A model generated the notes under the pieces. It was not told where the DNA came from. It worked only from the letters and a program-made list of their open reading frames with translations, and did no database searches. A program made the translations under genes and the position numbers. From an uncultured Rivularia sp. (GTDB taxonomy: Bacteria; Cyanobacteriota; Cyanobacteriia; Cyanobacteriales; Nostocaceae), in assembly GCA_963665115.1 (NCBI GenBank), contig OY762007.1, positions 6,176,001-6,240,000 of the forward strand: a stretch of DNA of 64,000 bases, given 5' to 3'. Of the stretch, positions 43,001 to 55,892 are shown piece by piece (the stretch's first letter is position 1; each line of letters opens with the position of its first letter).

Positions 43001-43531
43001 ATGTTTAACAAAATTTTGGTTTCGATTGACAATTCTGACATGACTCAACACGTTGTTGATGAAGCTGTATCTTTAGCGAAAGCAACGGGTGGAAGTTTAA
43101 TGTTTCTACACGTTATATCTCCACTGGATGAGCCATATTTTGACCCTTTGTTTATGCAACCAACTATTCTTTATTCAGAGTTACACCAAGAAACTCAAAA
43201 GAAGAATTTGAGTGATTGGGAAAAATTTAAGCAAGATAAACACAATTGGTTACGTTCTCTATGTGAGTCTGCAACTTCTTCTGGTGTAAAAACTGAATTC
43301 ACTCTTAATATTGGCGACCCAAGTAACAGAATTTGCGATATGGCTCGTGCTTGGGATGCTGATGTAATAGTAATTGGTCGTCGAGGTCGTCGTGGTTTTA
43401 CTGAATTCTTTTTGGGTAGCGTAAGTAATTATGTAATGCATCATGCACCTTGTTCTGTACTAACTGTGCAAGGACCAATTATTTCAACTACGGAAACATC
43501 TCAAAATAAAGAGGTAGAAACTTCTAGTTAA
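43001..43531 (+). CDS. Universal stress protein
   Basis: MFNKILVSID; GRRGRRG..LGSVSNYVMHHAPCSVL. Confidence 0.93.
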   Translation: MFNKILVSIDNSDMTQHVVDEAVSLAKATGGSLMFLHVISPLDEPYFDPLFMQPTILYSELHQETQKKNLSDWEKFKQDKHNWLRSLCESATSSGVKTEFTLNIGDPSNRICDMARAWDADVIVIGRRGRRGFTEFFLGSVSNYVMHHAPCSVLTVQGPIISTTETSQNKEVETSS

Positions 43532-43656
43532 TAATTAAATAATTAGTAGTTAAAAATTTCAAACTGGACTTTGGACAAGAAACACTTAATTTTCCTCACG
43601 TATCAATAACCGAATCGGATAGAAGCATTTATCAAGTATTCAGGAGGTTAATAAAC

Positions 43657-43881
43657 GTGGATAGGCAAAATAAAAAGCGGTTTTGGCTTGGTTTTTTGGG
43701 TTTCATCGGATTTCTCGGATTTCTTGGATTTGCCCAAAATGCCCCACCGTTACTATTCTATTTTACATTTTTTTCCTTTTTTAGTGCTTTTCGCTATCTG
43801 AGAGAAGAATTAAAATATTTGGGATTGTTGGGCATAGTCGGCTTTATCATCGCAATATTGGGTGTGTTAGGAATGATTTAA
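43657..43881 (+). CDS. Small membrane protein (GFL repeats, DUF3796-like)
   Basis: LGFLGFIGFLGFLGF; GGAGG RBS. Confidence 0.6.
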   Translation: MDRQNKKRFWLGFLGFIGFLGFLGFAQNAPPLLFYFTFFSFFSAFRYLREELKYLGLLGIVGFIIAILGVLGMI

Positions 43882-43971
43882 ATCTAATCGCCAATCTAAT
43901 CGTTTTTTGTTCAAAGTCTAATCAAAATTGCACCGTAATTTTAAACTTATAATTATTTGTTCAGGGGGGCT

Positions 43972-45006
43972 ATGATGTCTGAATTATTAGATATTTGGAA
44001 AGTCAAAGAAAACGAATTTCCTCACACTGGCACAACCGAAGAAAAACTCAAATTCATTCTCAATTACGTAATATTAGCTCCTTCTAGTCACAATACTCAA
44101 CCGTGGTTATTCAAAATAGATTCAGAAGCTATTTATCTTTATGCTGACAGGAATCGAAGTTTATTTATTGCAGATCCCCAAGGTAGAGAATTAATTATCA
44201 GTTGCGGTACGGCTTTGTATAATCTACGTATTGCTCTACATCATTTTGGCTATAAAGGTGAAATTATTACTTTTCCCGATCCAACAAATGCTAATTTATT
44301 AGCCTGCATTAAATTGGGAAATCCTATTAAAGAAAGTACTGACAATAAACTTTTATTTAGTGCAATTCCCAAAAGACATACTAACAGACTAAATTATCAG
44401 TGGTGGGATGCTCCGCAATCTTTACTCAGATGGCTACAGTCAGATGCAGAACTCGAAGGTGCATGGCTACATATTGTCAAACATAATACTATTCGCCATC
44501 AAATTGCAGAGCTAGTAGTACAAGCCGAACACTTGCTAATGGCTGACCCTAATTATCGTCAGGAATTAGCAAATTGGATTCGTCCTGCTAACAATAATAC
44601 TAATGACGGTATCCCCGTTTATGCTCAAGGTATAGACGAACATTTCGATTTTGCAACTCCTTTGTTCGCTAAAGTTCTACAAACATTTGATTTAGGAAAT
44701 TCTGTAGCCGAACGCAGTCGTAAACTTGTAGAACAATCACCAGCAATTGTAGTCTTAGGTACTAAAAATGATACTTCTAACAGTTGGTTAGCAGCAGGAC
44801 AAGCTTTAGAAAGAATATTATTAAGAAGTCAAGCTGTAGGACTAAGTTGTTCTTTCTTAAATCAACCCGTTCAAGTACCACAGTTGCGAAGCGAATTGAA
44901 CAAAGTATTATCTCAACCCGGTTTCCCACAAATTGTTTTGCGTCTGGGTTTTTGTAAGGAAGTTAAACCAACTCCAAGACGAGGAATTGATGAGGTGTTG
45001 ATTTAA
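43972..45006 (+). CDS. Acg-family FMN-binding nitroreductase-like protein
   Basis: APSSHNTQPW, DPQGRELIISCG.AL.NL, RHTNR, WLAAGQALERILL, TPRR. Confidence 0.9.
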   Translation: MMSELLDIWKVKENEFPHTGTTEEKLKFILNYVILAPSSHNTQPWLFKIDSEAIYLYADRNRSLFIADPQGRELIISCGTALYNLRIALHHFGYKGEIITFPDPTNANLLACIKLGNPIKESTDNKLLFSAIPKRHTNRLNYQWWDAPQSLLRWLQSDAELEGAWLHIVKHNTIRHQIAELVVQAEHLLMADPNYRQELANWIRPANNNTNDGIPVYAQGIDEHFDFATPLFAKVLQTFDLGNSVAERSRKLVEQSPAIVVLGTKNDTSNSWLAAGQALERILLRSQAVGLSCSFLNQPVQVPQLRSELNKVLSQPGFPQIVLRLGFCKEVKPTPRRGIDEVLI

Positions 45007-46172
45007 GCATTATCTTGAACAAAGGCATTTTCTAAGACTTGTTTGATACAATCGCAAAATATAAATTCTATGTTTTGGCAGTCCAATTCTGGTATATCTA
45101 CTAAATATTGTTGATTTGCAGTAGGTAATATTAGACGTTTGATGCCAATCCGATTAGCTGCCAAAATCTTTTCTCGAACACCACCCACAGGAAGAATTTC
45201 TCCACTGAGGTCAATTTCCCCGCTCATCGCTGTATCGGTGCGTACCGGACGATTCATTAATAAAGAAGCAATAGCCGTTACGATAGTTACACCTGCGGAT
45301 GAACCGTCTTTCGGTACGGAACCTGCTGGAATGTGAATATGCAAGCCGTTAGTTTTAAATACATTTATATCGATACCCAATAATTCTGCATTAGACCGAT
45401 GCATGACGAACGGCAACTTTACGACAGAGGGAACCCAACTGCTGTTCTACCTGACGAACCCCAGCTTCACGGGTGTAGTTTTCAATTATCAAGTTTATAG
45501 TTTGAGGTGACAGCTGCAAAGCTTGATTCGGGAGTCCAGCTTTTTCGATTTGACGGGGTAACAGATGTTTTTGAGCAATAGCTAATTTTTCTGTTTCCGA
45601 ATAACCAGGAATTTCGATAATTTCTAATCTATCTAACAGTGGTGCGGGTACTTCCGATAAATTATTCGCAGTTGCGATAAAGAAAACCTGCGATAAATCA
45701 AAGTTGCAATCTAAATAAAGGTCGCGGAAACAATTGTTTTGCTGCGGATCGAGTATTTCTAATAATACCGAAGCAGGGTCCCCCCGATGACTATCCGTGC
45801 CGACTTTATCTAATTCATCAAGCATAATTACCGGGTTTGTGACACCACACCGATGCAACGCTTGAATAATTCTACCCGGCATTGCACCAATATAAGTCCG
45901 TCGATGACCGCGTAATTCTGCTTCATCGCGCAATCCACCCAAACTTACCCGCCCGAACGGACGATTCAAAGTACGAGCGATGGAATTACCCATACTGGTT
46001 TTACCAACTCCGGGTGGTCCAACGAAACATAAAACCGTACCTACAGATATTTGGCTTGATTGCTTTTCTTTTAACTGTATAGCTTGCTTCAATTTAAAAG
46101 TAGCTAAATATTCAATAATTCGGTCTTTAACTTTAGCTAAGCCGTGATGGTCTGCATCTAAAGTTTCTCTAG
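45003..46172 (-). pseudogene. lon: Lon protease remnant (N-terminus missing; internal deletion/frameshift near 45405)
   Basis: [41 protein letters not shown], then HIHIPAGSVPKDGSSAG and GGVREK in another frame. Confidence 0.85.
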
Positions 46173-46289
46173 TAGAGACGTTGCTGGGCGCAACGTTTTT
46201 TATATGTTTTGATTTTGATTATTGTAATGGTGAAATGATATAAATCAAGGCTTATATCCAATCTAACTACTTATTTAAACCACAATATA

Positions 46290-47195
46290 TTAGTTAATTT
46301 CCTTATCCCCAAAAGTAATGCTATCTACTTTATAAGCAGGTGGCTCAACATGGATAACAACCCGCACAGGATGAAATTTTTCTTGTATACGGTTTTCCAC
46401 CTGTTCAGTAATCAAATGTGCTTGTTCTACATTGAGAGGATCTACAATTAAATGCATTTCAATAAATACTTGCCGTCCAACAACACCTCGCGATGCAATA
46501 TCGTGACAATTAACTACTCCGGGAACCGAAAGTGCTATTTGATGAATAACTTCTGGTGCTACTGCGATTTTATCCACTAACCAAGGTAAATTCTCTTTCA
46601 CAATTGACCACCCACTTCTAAATACCAACATCGCTACTGGTAAAGCCAAAATTATATCTAGCCGCTGATAACCAAACCAAACACCTATTAAACCTCCAAT
46701 CACCGTAATAGTTATCCAAACATCACTCATCGTATGTTTGGCATCAGCAATTAAAATTGCACTCATAACACGTTTGCCTACAGCACGCTCAGTAAATGCT
46801 ACAAATATATTAAGACCTAAAACAATTAGTAATATCCACAGTTCAAACTGTGAAACTTTGACTACTCCAGCACCCTGGATAATTCTATCAATTACACCTT
46901 GAATAATTTCAAAGCAAGCTATACCTAAAAAAGCTGCAATACCTAATGCTCCTAAAGCTTCAAACTTTTGGTGTCCATAAGGATATTCTCGATCGGGCAA
47001 GGGGGAAGAAAATCTGTTGGCAACTAATCCTAAAATATTGTTAGCACTATCTGTTACACTATGGAGTGCATCAGCAATTAAACTTAAAGAACCAGTTGAT
47101 AATCCTACAAAAATTTTTAATCCCATCACTAATAAATTAAACAACAAAGTGATAGTTAAAACTTTTTGAACTGTGAGACGATTGTCGCGATTCAT
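46290..47195 (-). CDS. Cation diffusion facilitator (CDF) transporter
   Basis: ADALHSVTD, YPYGHQKFE, ADAKHTMSD, IHVEP. Confidence 0.92.
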   Translation of the reverse strand: MNRDNRLTVQKVLTITLLFNLLVMGLKIFVGLSTGSLSLIADALHSVTDSANNILGLVANRFSSPLPDREYPYGHQKFEALGALGIAAFLGIACFEIIQGVIDRIIQGAGVVKVSQFELWILLIVLGLNIFVAFTERAVGKRVMSAILIADAKHTMSDVWITITVIGGLIGVWFGYQRLDIILALPVAMLVFRSGWSIVKENLPWLVDKIAVAPEVIHQIALSVPGVVNCHDIASRGVVGRQVFIEMHLIVDPLNVEQAHLITEQVENRIQEKFHPVRVVIHVEPPAYKVDSITFGDKEIN

Positions 47196-47281
47196 AGAGT
47201 AACCCTGTTTATTGCCTTGATTTCATTAGAAGTGATACCAAGGCTTGTAATCTTTGTTTACTATCCTTTGTTAAAACATAA

Positions 47282-47764
47282 TCAAAGTTTATATCCAATC
47301 TGACGTAGAAAATCTTTGCGTTCCACAATATCTTCAGAAGATTCTACACCTTTAGGAGAAAACCCATCAATAACGCCGATAATACCCCTTCCTTGTTCAG
47401 TTTCTGCCACAATTACCTCGACAGGATTCGCAGTAGCACAGTAAATAGTGCAAACTTCAGGAACTTGTCTGATGGTGTTAAGAAAGTTCATTGGATAAGC
47501 ATTTTTCAATAAAATAATAAAGCTGTGTCCTGCCCCTAACTCTAAAGCATTTTTCTGAACAATTGATTGTAAATATTCATCATTTCCTGAATGTCGAACT
47601 AAACATTCTCCCGATGCTTCGCAAAAAGCCAAGCCAAACTTAACTTGTTGTACCTGTTGAATCATGACTTCATGTAAGTCTTCAACAGTTTTGATAAAAT
47701 GACTTTGACCAATGATGATATTACAATCTTCAGGAATCTTTACTGCAACTGTTTCAAGTTTCAT
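47282..47764 (-). CDS. DUF355 / adenosine-specific kinase family protein
   Basis: GQSHFIKTVEDL, AFCEASG, AGHSF, CATANP, GVIDG. Confidence 0.85.
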   Translation of the reverse strand: MKLETVAVKIPEDCNIIIGQSHFIKTVEDLHEVMIQQVQQVKFGLAFCEASGECLVRHSGNDEYLQSIVQKNALELGAGHSFIILLKNAYPMNFLNTIRQVPEVCTIYCATANPVEVIVAETEQGRGIIGVIDGFSPKGVESSEDIVERKDFLRQIGYKL

Positions 47765-47829
47765 AATCTATGTGAACTTATTAGAGAATACTTGTAAATG
47801 ATTATTTTTTGTTGTAATAATCTTTATTT

Positions 47830-47862
47830 ATAGTAAAAAATAATTATGGGGAAGTCGTGAAG
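47830..47862 (-). promoter_or_regulatory. CCTCA-box promoter 5 (degenerate; DUF355-CDF)
   Basis: CTTCAcgacttCCCCA-N11-TACTAT. Confidence 0.55.
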
Positions 47863-47891
47863 GTGCTATTTCCCAGATTAAATATGTTTTT

Positions 47892-47924
47892 CCTCACAAA
47901 ATCCTCAAATTTATTATTTAACCT
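47892..47924 (+). promoter_or_regulatory. CCTCA-box promoter 6 (N-ATPase operon)
   Basis: CCTCAcaaaatCCTCA-N11-TAACCT. Confidence 0.75.
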
Positions 47925-47968
47925 TTAAGTTGTACACGAGAAAGCCCACATAACATTAGGAGATTGCT

Positions 47969-48217
47969 ATGACTGCTACATCTGATTTCCTCTATCCTCA
48001 CTCTTCTTTTCACGGAGAAGTCAAACCAGAGAATTTGGTATTCGATGCTAATCTCCAAGAATTTGCTTATAAATCAAGCTATATTTGTAACCTTGAAACT
48101 AATGGTAAGCTTTCTCCAGAAGACGCTTATCAAGAAATCAAAAAACTTTGGAAAGATTTGAAAAATAGTAAAAAGCAACTTCAAATAGGCGAAAACCCTT
48201 TTCGCAAGGATACATAA
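47969..48217 (+). CDS. Conserved small cyanobacterial protein
   Basis: FLYP..PENLVFDANLQEFA..ICNLETNGK..AY..IK.LW motif; AGGAG RBS. Confidence 0.8.
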   Translation: MTATSDFLYPHSSFHGEVKPENLVFDANLQEFAYKSSYICNLETNGKLSPEDAYQEIKKLWKDLKNSKKQLQIGENPFRKDT

Positions 48218-48234
48218 AGTCAACTCGATTTTAG

Positions 48235-49653
<1,419 letters not shown>

Positions 49654-49769
49654 TGGTAATTGGTAATTGGGCATTGGGCATGGGGAGACAATGAGACAAG
49701 GAGACAAGGAGAAATTAGTTCTTAACTTTCTACTCCTAATTCTTAACTCCTAACTCCTAACTCTTAATC

Positions 49770-50168
49770 ATGATGCAATTAAAAATTTTGCTACCAACAG
49801 AAGTATTAATAGACGAAGCAGCGAGCAAAATTACTGCTGAAGCTGAAAATGGCTCTTTTTGCTTGTTACCCAATCATGTTGATTTTGTCGCTGGATTAGT
49901 TCCGGGATTGTTGTTGTTTGAATCAAGTAATAAAGAAGAAGTTTTTTTAGCAGTTGATGAGGGTATTTTGGTGAAATGCGGTTCTGAGGTATTGGTGTCG
50001 GTACGAAATGCTGTCAGGGGAACTGATTTAGAAACTTTGAAAAATACTGTCGAACAAGAATTTCAAAACTTGGATGAAAGAGAACAGATGACTCGTAATG
50101 CATTAGCGAAATTAGAAGCTAGTTTTATACGCGGTTTTCTGGAAGTAGGAGGAAAACATGAAATCTAA
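49770..50168 (+). CDS. atpC: N-ATPase epsilon subunit
   Basis: AEAENGSFCLLPNHVDF; operon position. Confidence 0.9.
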   Translation: MMQLKILLPTEVLIDEAASKITAEAENGSFCLLPNHVDFVAGLVPGLLLFESSNKEEVFLAVDEGILVKCGSEVLVSVRNAVRGTDLETLKNTVEQEFQNLDEREQMTRNALAKLEASFIRGFLEVGGKHEI

Positions 50169-50460
50169 AAAGCCTCGCGAACCTTGGGAAGATTTTCAGG
50201 AGCAGGTTAAGGCTAAATCAAAACGTAAATTGAAAGCACGACGAGAAGCAAACCATACTGCTTGGTTTGGTTTAGGGATGTTTGGGATTGTTGGCTGGTC
50301 AATTACTGTTTCAACTTTACTTGGTATAGCGCTAGGGATTTGGATTGATACTAAGTTTCCCAGTCAGTATTCTTGGACGTTGATGTTGCTGTTTGTTGGT
50401 GTTGTTTTAGGTTGTCTAAATGCTTGGTATTGGATTCAAAGCGAGCGTAGCGATGATTGA
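50158..50460 (+). CDS. atpQ: N-ATPase AtpQ (AtpZ/AtpI-like)
   Basis: GLGMFGIVGWS..GIWID..GCLNAWYW. Confidence 0.85.
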   Translation: MKSKKPREPWEDFQEQVKAKSKRKLKARREANHTAWFGLGMFGIVGWSITVSTLLGIALGIWIDTKFPSQYSWTLMLLFVGVVLGCLNAWYWIQSERSDD

Positions 50461-51677
50461 GTCAGTACAGACTTTACCGTTAATAATTTTATTAATGGGT
50501 GTAGCTCTTACCCTTGCTATTTTGATTAAGACTTTACTGGCTAAAATTGGTATTCCCGCACTAATCGGTTATTTAATATTGGGATTCATATTAAAACTTT
50601 TAGATGCACAATCAAACTTTCTTTCGAGAGAAGCAGAAGAAATATTTGAGTTTCTTGCTGAATTAGGAATTATTTCCCTGTTGTTTCGAGTGGGTTTAGA
50701 AAGTGATTTAGTGGGATTACTCCGTCAGTTACCCAAAGCGTTTGGCGTATTAATTGGTGATGTTTTAATTAGTGGTGTTTTTGGTTTTGTTACCGCTTAT
50801 TTTTTCTTAAAAATAGCTTTGATTCCTAGTCTATTTATTGCTATAGCCTTTACTGCAACTAGTGTAGGCGTTTCTGTAAGTGTCTGGCGAGAAAAAAACG
50901 CGGTTCGGACTTCCAATGGTGAAATTCTCCTGGATGTAGCGGAGTTAGATGACATAATCAGCGTCATTTTAATGGCATTTTTATTTACTGTCGCTCCCTC
51001 TGTGCATGATGGCACTCAACTATCAATATTATCAACCCTGGCTGTAACATCCAAAATATTCCTTATAAAAGCTATTGGTTTTGGTGCTTTGTGCCTGTTA
51101 TTTTCACGTTACGTTGAAATAAATTTAACTCAGTTTTTTAGCAAAATAGAAAAGCCGCCCGACCCCCATGTTAGAGGTAGTTGGAGTGGGCTTTATTATT
51201 GCTGCGCTTGCTGGATTGCTGGGTTTCTCAGCCGCTATAGGTGCGTTCTTCGCTGGACTTTTATTCAGCCGCGATTCAGAAGCGGTGAAAATGGATGCTT
51301 CTTTCGGAGCTTTATATGAACTTTTTACCCCATTCTTTTTTATCGGTATCGGCTTGAATATTCAACCTCGTGCGTTAAATGAAGGTTTAGCAATCGGTTC
51401 AATTCTGTTGATAGCAGCAGTTATAGGTAAGTTAGTTGGTGCGGGGATTCCAGCCTTTTTTGCTACAGATTGTACTGGTGCGACACTGATTGGTTTTAGC
51501 ATGATTCCTAGAGCCGAAATTTCCATGATTATCATGCAACGAGGATTGATATTAGGAGATTGGGCTGTTCCTTCTAATATATTTGCTGCAATGGTTTTTG
51601 TTTGTGCAGTAACCAGCGTCATAGTACCGATTTTTCTCAATTCTTTACTCGGTAAATTACAACTTCAGGAGGAATAA
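50453..51677 (+). CDS. CPA2-type Na+/H+ antiporter (+1 frameshift in the C run near 51165)
   Basis: LLFRVGLESD, ATSVGVS, AELDD, IGAFFAGL, FFFIGIG, MIPRAE; the two ORFs join after removal of one C. Confidence 0.85.
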
Positions 51678-51679
51678 AA

Positions 51680-51961
51680 ATGAATTATTCTATGCATCTA
51701 TTACTAGCTTTAACTTTCGGTTTTGCAATTGGAATATTTTACTTTAGCAGCCTTTGGGTAACAGTTAGACAGCTACCAACAACGCAACAACCAATATTAT
51801 TAATTATAGGTAGTTTATTAGGTCGTTTAAGTATTGCTGTACTTGGCTTTTACTTAGTTATGGATGGAAGCTGGCAACAATTACTAGTTGCTTTATTAGG
51901 CTTTGTGTTAGCACGCAGTATTTTAATTAGACGTTGGAAACCCAGGACTTTTTCTAGATAA
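51680..51961 (+). CDS. atpR: N-ATPase AtpR
   Basis: FYFSSLWVTVR..SLLGRL..LLGFVLAR. Confidence 0.85.
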   Translation: MNYSMHLLLALTFGFAIGIFYFSSLWVTVRQLPTTQQPILLIIGSLLGRLSIAVLGFYLVMDGSWQQLLVALLGFVLARSILIRRWKPRTFSR

Positions 51962-52001
51962 TTAAAAATTATAAACCCTTTAACCTTTGACCTTTTTTAT
52001 C

Positions 52002-52676
52002 ATGGAAATTAGTCCAGACAATATTATTTATTGGCAATCTGGTGCAATTACTTTAAATGCCACTATTGTTTTTACTTGGGTCGTAATGGCATTTTTGGTA
52101 ATAGTTTCTTGGTTGGTAACTCGTAATTTATCACCACAAACAAAAATATCCCGATGGCAAAGTTTACTAGAAATAATTGTTGAAGGAATTGCCAATCAAA
52201 TTCATGAAGTCAGTCAACAACAAGCCACAAAATACATCGGTTTTATTGGCACTTTATTTCTATTTATTGCTGTTTCAAATACTCTAGCAATTGTACCCGG
52301 ATATCAGCCACCAACAGGTTCGCTTTCCACAACAACGGCTTTGGCTTTATGTGTATTTGTAGCCGTACCGTTATTTGGTTTTATGAAACGTGGCTTTTTT
52401 GGCTATTTAAGAAATTATATTCAACCGACGATATTTATGTTGCCATTTAATATTATCGGTGAATTTTCTCGCACTTTAGCATTAGCGGTGAGATTATTCG
52501 GCAACATTATGAGCGGTACCATGCTTGTAGCCATTCTTTTATCGCTTGTGCCATTGTTTTTCCCAATTGTCATGCAAGCATTGGGATTAGTATTCGGACT
52601 AATTCAAGCATACGTTTTCGCAATGTTAGCAATGGTATATATTGCTTCGGCTACGAGTACTCAAAAACAAAATTAG
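52002..52676 (+). CDS. atpB: N-ATPase a subunit
   Basis: PPTGSLSTT, SRTLALAVRLFGNIMSG, IQAYVF. Confidence 0.93.
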   Translation: MEISPDNIIYWQSGAITLNATIVFTWVVMAFLVIVSWLVTRNLSPQTKISRWQSLLEIIVEGIANQIHEVSQQQATKYIGFIGTLFLFIAVSNTLAIVPGYQPPTGSLSTTTALALCVFVAVPLFGFMKRGFFGYLRNYIQPTIFMLPFNIIGEFSRTLALAVRLFGNIMSGTMLVAILLSLVPLFFPIVMQALGLVFGLIQAYVFAMLAMVYIASATSTQKQN

Positions 52677-52782
52677 TAATTGTTATTTGTTGGTTGTTAG
52701 TTATTAATTGTTTAAGCAACTAACCACTAACTAATAACTACTAACTACTAACCACTAACCACTAACCACTAACTACTAAACT

Positions 52783-53052
52783 ATGGATAATCTTGGTTTA
52801 ATTGGTATGGCATCGATTGTAACTGCTGGGTTAACAATCGCGATTGGTTCGATTGCTCCTGCTTTAGGTGAAGGGATAGCTGTTGCTCGTGCTTTAGGTG
52901 CGATCGCCCAACAGCCGGATAAGGCGAATGTCATTACCCGCACGCTTTTCGTCGGTTTAGCAATGATTGAGTCTACTGCTATTTACTGCTTTGTGGTGAC
53001 TATGATTTTGTTATTCGTAAATCCATTTTGGGAACATTTTAAAGGAGGCTAA
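52783..53052 (+). CDS. atpE: N-ATPase c subunit with Na+-binding signature
   Basis: PALGE, QQP, ESTAIY. Confidence 0.93.
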   Translation: MDNLGLIGMASIVTAGLTIAIGSIAPALGEGIAVARALGAIAQQPDKANVITRTLFVGLAMIESTAIYCFVVTMILLFVNPFWEHFKGG

Positions 53053-53055
53053 ACC

Positions 53056-53838
53056 GTGCTAATAAATTGGTTTACGGTTATCGCTCAAATTCTTAACTTC
53101 CTAGTTCTGGTTTTCTTACTTCAGCGCTTTTTATATAAACCCATAATGCAAACAATCAAAAAACGACAAACAATGATTGATGCAAAATGGGAAGATGCTG
53201 AAATTGCTCAACAAGAAGCCCAACGGGAAGCTGATACTTATCGTCAACAGCAACAAAAATTACAGCAGCAAAAAGAAACGGTAACAGCAAAAATGCTCTC
53301 AAAAGTTGAGCAAGAACATCAACAACTTTTAATTAAAGCACGTCGAGAAGTAGAAGAAATGCAGAAAAAATGGTTTGAAGCACTATTACAAGAAAAAACT
53401 GATTTTGTTAGTTCCTTACGACAACAAATAGCAGAACAAACTAATCTAGTTGTACGTAAAGCTTTGCAAGATTTAGCAAATGCGGATTTAGAACAGCAAA
53501 TAATTTCTAGTTTCACTCAACGCTTACAAAATATTGATGAAAATCAAAGACAAATTATTGCTCAATCTTTTAAAGATACTCATCAACCAATAATTATTAA
53601 AAGCAGTTTTGAAATATCACCAGAAAATCGCCAAAAAATCATCCAAGCTTTGCAAATTCAAATTATCAACAATCATCCTTTAGAATTTCAAACTTCACCC
53701 GATTTAGTTTGCGGTATTCAAATCAAACTCGCCGGATACGTAATTTCATGGAATATAGATGATTATTTACAGACATTAGAATCAATGAACAATTATCAAT
53801 TATCAATGAACAATGAACAGTTAGGAATGAATAGTTAG
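53056..53838 (+). CDS. atpF: N-ATPase b(-delta) subunit
   Basis: INWFTVIAQILNF..FLYKP; C-terminal PDLVCGI. Confidence 0.9.
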   Translation: MLINWFTVIAQILNFLVLVFLLQRFLYKPIMQTIKKRQTMIDAKWEDAEIAQQEAQREADTYRQQQQKLQQQKETVTAKMLSKVEQEHQQLLIKARREVEEMQKKWFEALLQEKTDFVSSLRQQIAEQTNLVVRKALQDLANADLEQQIISSFTQRLQNIDENQRQIIAQSFKDTHQPIIIKSSFEISPENRQKIIQALQIQIINNHPLEFQTSPDLVCGIQIKLAGYVISWNIDDYLQTLESMNNYQLSMNNEQLGMNS

Positions 53839-53994
53839 GAGTTAGGCAACGGATGGAGTTGGGCAACGGATAAAGTTAGGAATCAATAACTAATAGTTTA
53901 AATTTCTCCTTGTCTCCCCATCTCCCCATCTCCCCATCTCCCAATTCCCCATCCCCCATGCCCCATGCCCCATGCCCAATCCCCAATCCCCATC

Positions 53995-55515
53995 ATGATA
54001 TTACAATCACTCATAGAAGATACATTTTCAACTTTTGAACAGGTATTAAATAATTACCATGCACAAATAAATATCCGGGAAATTGGTACGGTAAAATCAG
54101 TAGCACGGAGTATTGCTCGCGTATCTGGTTTACCCAGTGTTAAAGCGGATGAATTGCTTTATTTCCCGTCATCTAATACCAAATCACCTTTATTAGGAAT
54201 TGCCTTTAATCTCGACAAAAATGAAATTGGGGTAATTCTATTAGGAGCAAGTGAGCATCTACAGGCAGGTGATGAAGTTTACCGAACAGGGAGAGTCATG
54301 GATGTGCCCGTAGGAGAGGCACTTCTGGGTAGAGTTGTGGATGTCATGGGTAATGTTTTAGATGAGGGGGGAAGTATTGAAATTACCAAACGTCTTCCTG
54401 TGGAACGGGAAGCTCCACCAATTATGAATCGCGCTCCAGTAACTCAACCTTTGCAAACTGGATTGAAAGTAGTAGATGCTTTGATCCCTATCGGTAGGGG
54501 ACAGCGAGAATTAATTGTGGGTGATAGACAAACCGGAAAAACGGCGATCGCCCTCGACACGATTATCAACCAAAAAGATAAAAACGTTATCTGCGTTTAT
54601 TGTGCAATCGGGCAGCGTGCCTCAGCGGTAGCGAAAGTAATTGAAACTCTGCGACAACAGGGAGCAATGGAATACACGGTTGTTGTAGTCGCTTCCGGAC
54701 AAGATTCTCCAGGATTGCAATATATTACTCCCTACGGAGCCACGACGATGGCTGAATATTTCATGGAGCAAGGACACGATGTATTAATTATCTATGATGA
54801 TTTTACCCATCATGCCAGGGCTTATCGAGAACTATCGCTGTTGCTGCGTCGTCCACCCGGTAGAGAAGCTTATCCGGGAGATATTTTTTATATTCATTCG
54901 CGGTTGTTGGAGCGCTCAACCCATCTGAGCGATAAATATGGGGGTGGTTCATTAACAGCATTACCAATAGTAGAAACACAAGCTCAGAATATTTCGGCTT
55001 ACATTCCTACCAACTTAATTTCTATTACAGACGGTCAAATATATCTGTCTCCAGACTTATTTCAAAAAGCTATTTTCCCTGCTATTGATGTAGGTAAGTC
55101 TGTTTCTAGAGTCGGCGGTAAAACTCAATTAAATGCTTACCGTGCTGTCGCTGGAGATTTACGACTTTCCTATTCTCAATTCCAAGAAGTAGAAGTTTTC
55201 GCTCGTTTTGGTACGCAACTTGACGAACAAACCAAAAAAACTCTAATTAGAGGACAAAGAGTCCGAGAAATACTCAAACAATCACAGTCTCAACCATTAT
55301 CAGCAGCCGAACAAATAGCGGTACTTTTAGCGGTAACTAATGGTGTTTTTGACTCAATAGCTCTAAAAAAGATTGACGAAATAAGTACAGCATTGTGTCA
55401 AAAAGTGAGGAGAGACTTATCATCTGTTTGTAAAAGTATTGAAACGGGTGAAAAATTAACAGACGAAGAATATCAAGCCATTTTGAAAATAGCCAGACAA
55501 GTAATTAAGGAGTAA
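53995..55515 (+). CDS. atpA: N-ATPase alpha subunit
   Basis: [27 protein letters not shown]. Confidence 0.95.
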   Translation: MILQSLIEDTFSTFEQVLNNYHAQINIREIGTVKSVARSIARVSGLPSVKADELLYFPSSNTKSPLLGIAFNLDKNEIGVILLGASEHLQAGDEVYRTGRVMDVPVGEALLGRVVDVMGNVLDEGGSIEITKRLPVEREAPPIMNRAPVTQPLQTGLKVVDALIPIGRGQRELIVGDRQTGKTAIALDTIINQKDKNVICVYCAIGQRASAVAKVIETLRQQGAMEYTVVVVASGQDSPGLQYITPYGATTMAEYFMEQGHDVLIIYDDFTHHARAYRELSLLLRRPPGREAYPGDIFYIHSRLLERSTHLSDKYGGGSLTALPIVETQAQNISAYIPTNLISITDGQIYLSPDLFQKAIFPAIDVGKSVSRVGGKTQLNAYRAVAGDLRLSYSQFQEVEVFARFGTQLDEQTKKTLIRGQRVREILKQSQSQPLSAAEQIAVLLAVTNGVFDSIALKKIDEISTALCQKVRRDLSSVCKSIETGEKLTDEEYQAILKIARQVIKE

Positions 55516-55523
55516 AAGTTGTC

Positions 55524-55784
55524 ATGCATCTTCCTGTTTTAGAAAATCTACCCCTTTTAAAAAATTTGCCTTTTATAAACAACTCAAATACACCTTACTG
55601 GGTAAAAATTAGAACGGCTCAACCCAAATGTATTTATTACTTCGGTCCCTTTGATAATCCTCAAGAAGCTAAACTAAATAAAAATGGTTATATTGAAGAT
55701 TTAATTGAAGAACAAGCTTCGGGAATCTATGTTGAAATCAAGAAAAGTAAACCCAAAATTTTGACTGTCTACGAAGAAGAATAA
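55524..55784 (+). CDS. DUF1816-family protein
   Basis: WVKIRT.QPKCIYYFGPF..GYIEDL.EEQA. Confidence 0.8.
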   Translation: MHLPVLENLPLLKNLPFINNSNTPYWVKIRTAQPKCIYYFGPFDNPQEAKLNKNGYIEDLIEEQASGIYVEIKKSKPKILTVYEEE

Positions 55785-55892
55785 TTTGATAACAGTTAAA
55801 AATAATGTAGAGACGTAGCAATGCTACGTCTCTTTATGATGTAATTCACGCACTAGATAACCTAATAAACGCACCCGATAACTGAAACTTTT

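Noticed and set aside
43592..43600. Single TTCCTCAC half-site (also about 33529 and 57570)
   Set aside because: No second repeat at 11-bp spacing; not counted as boxes.
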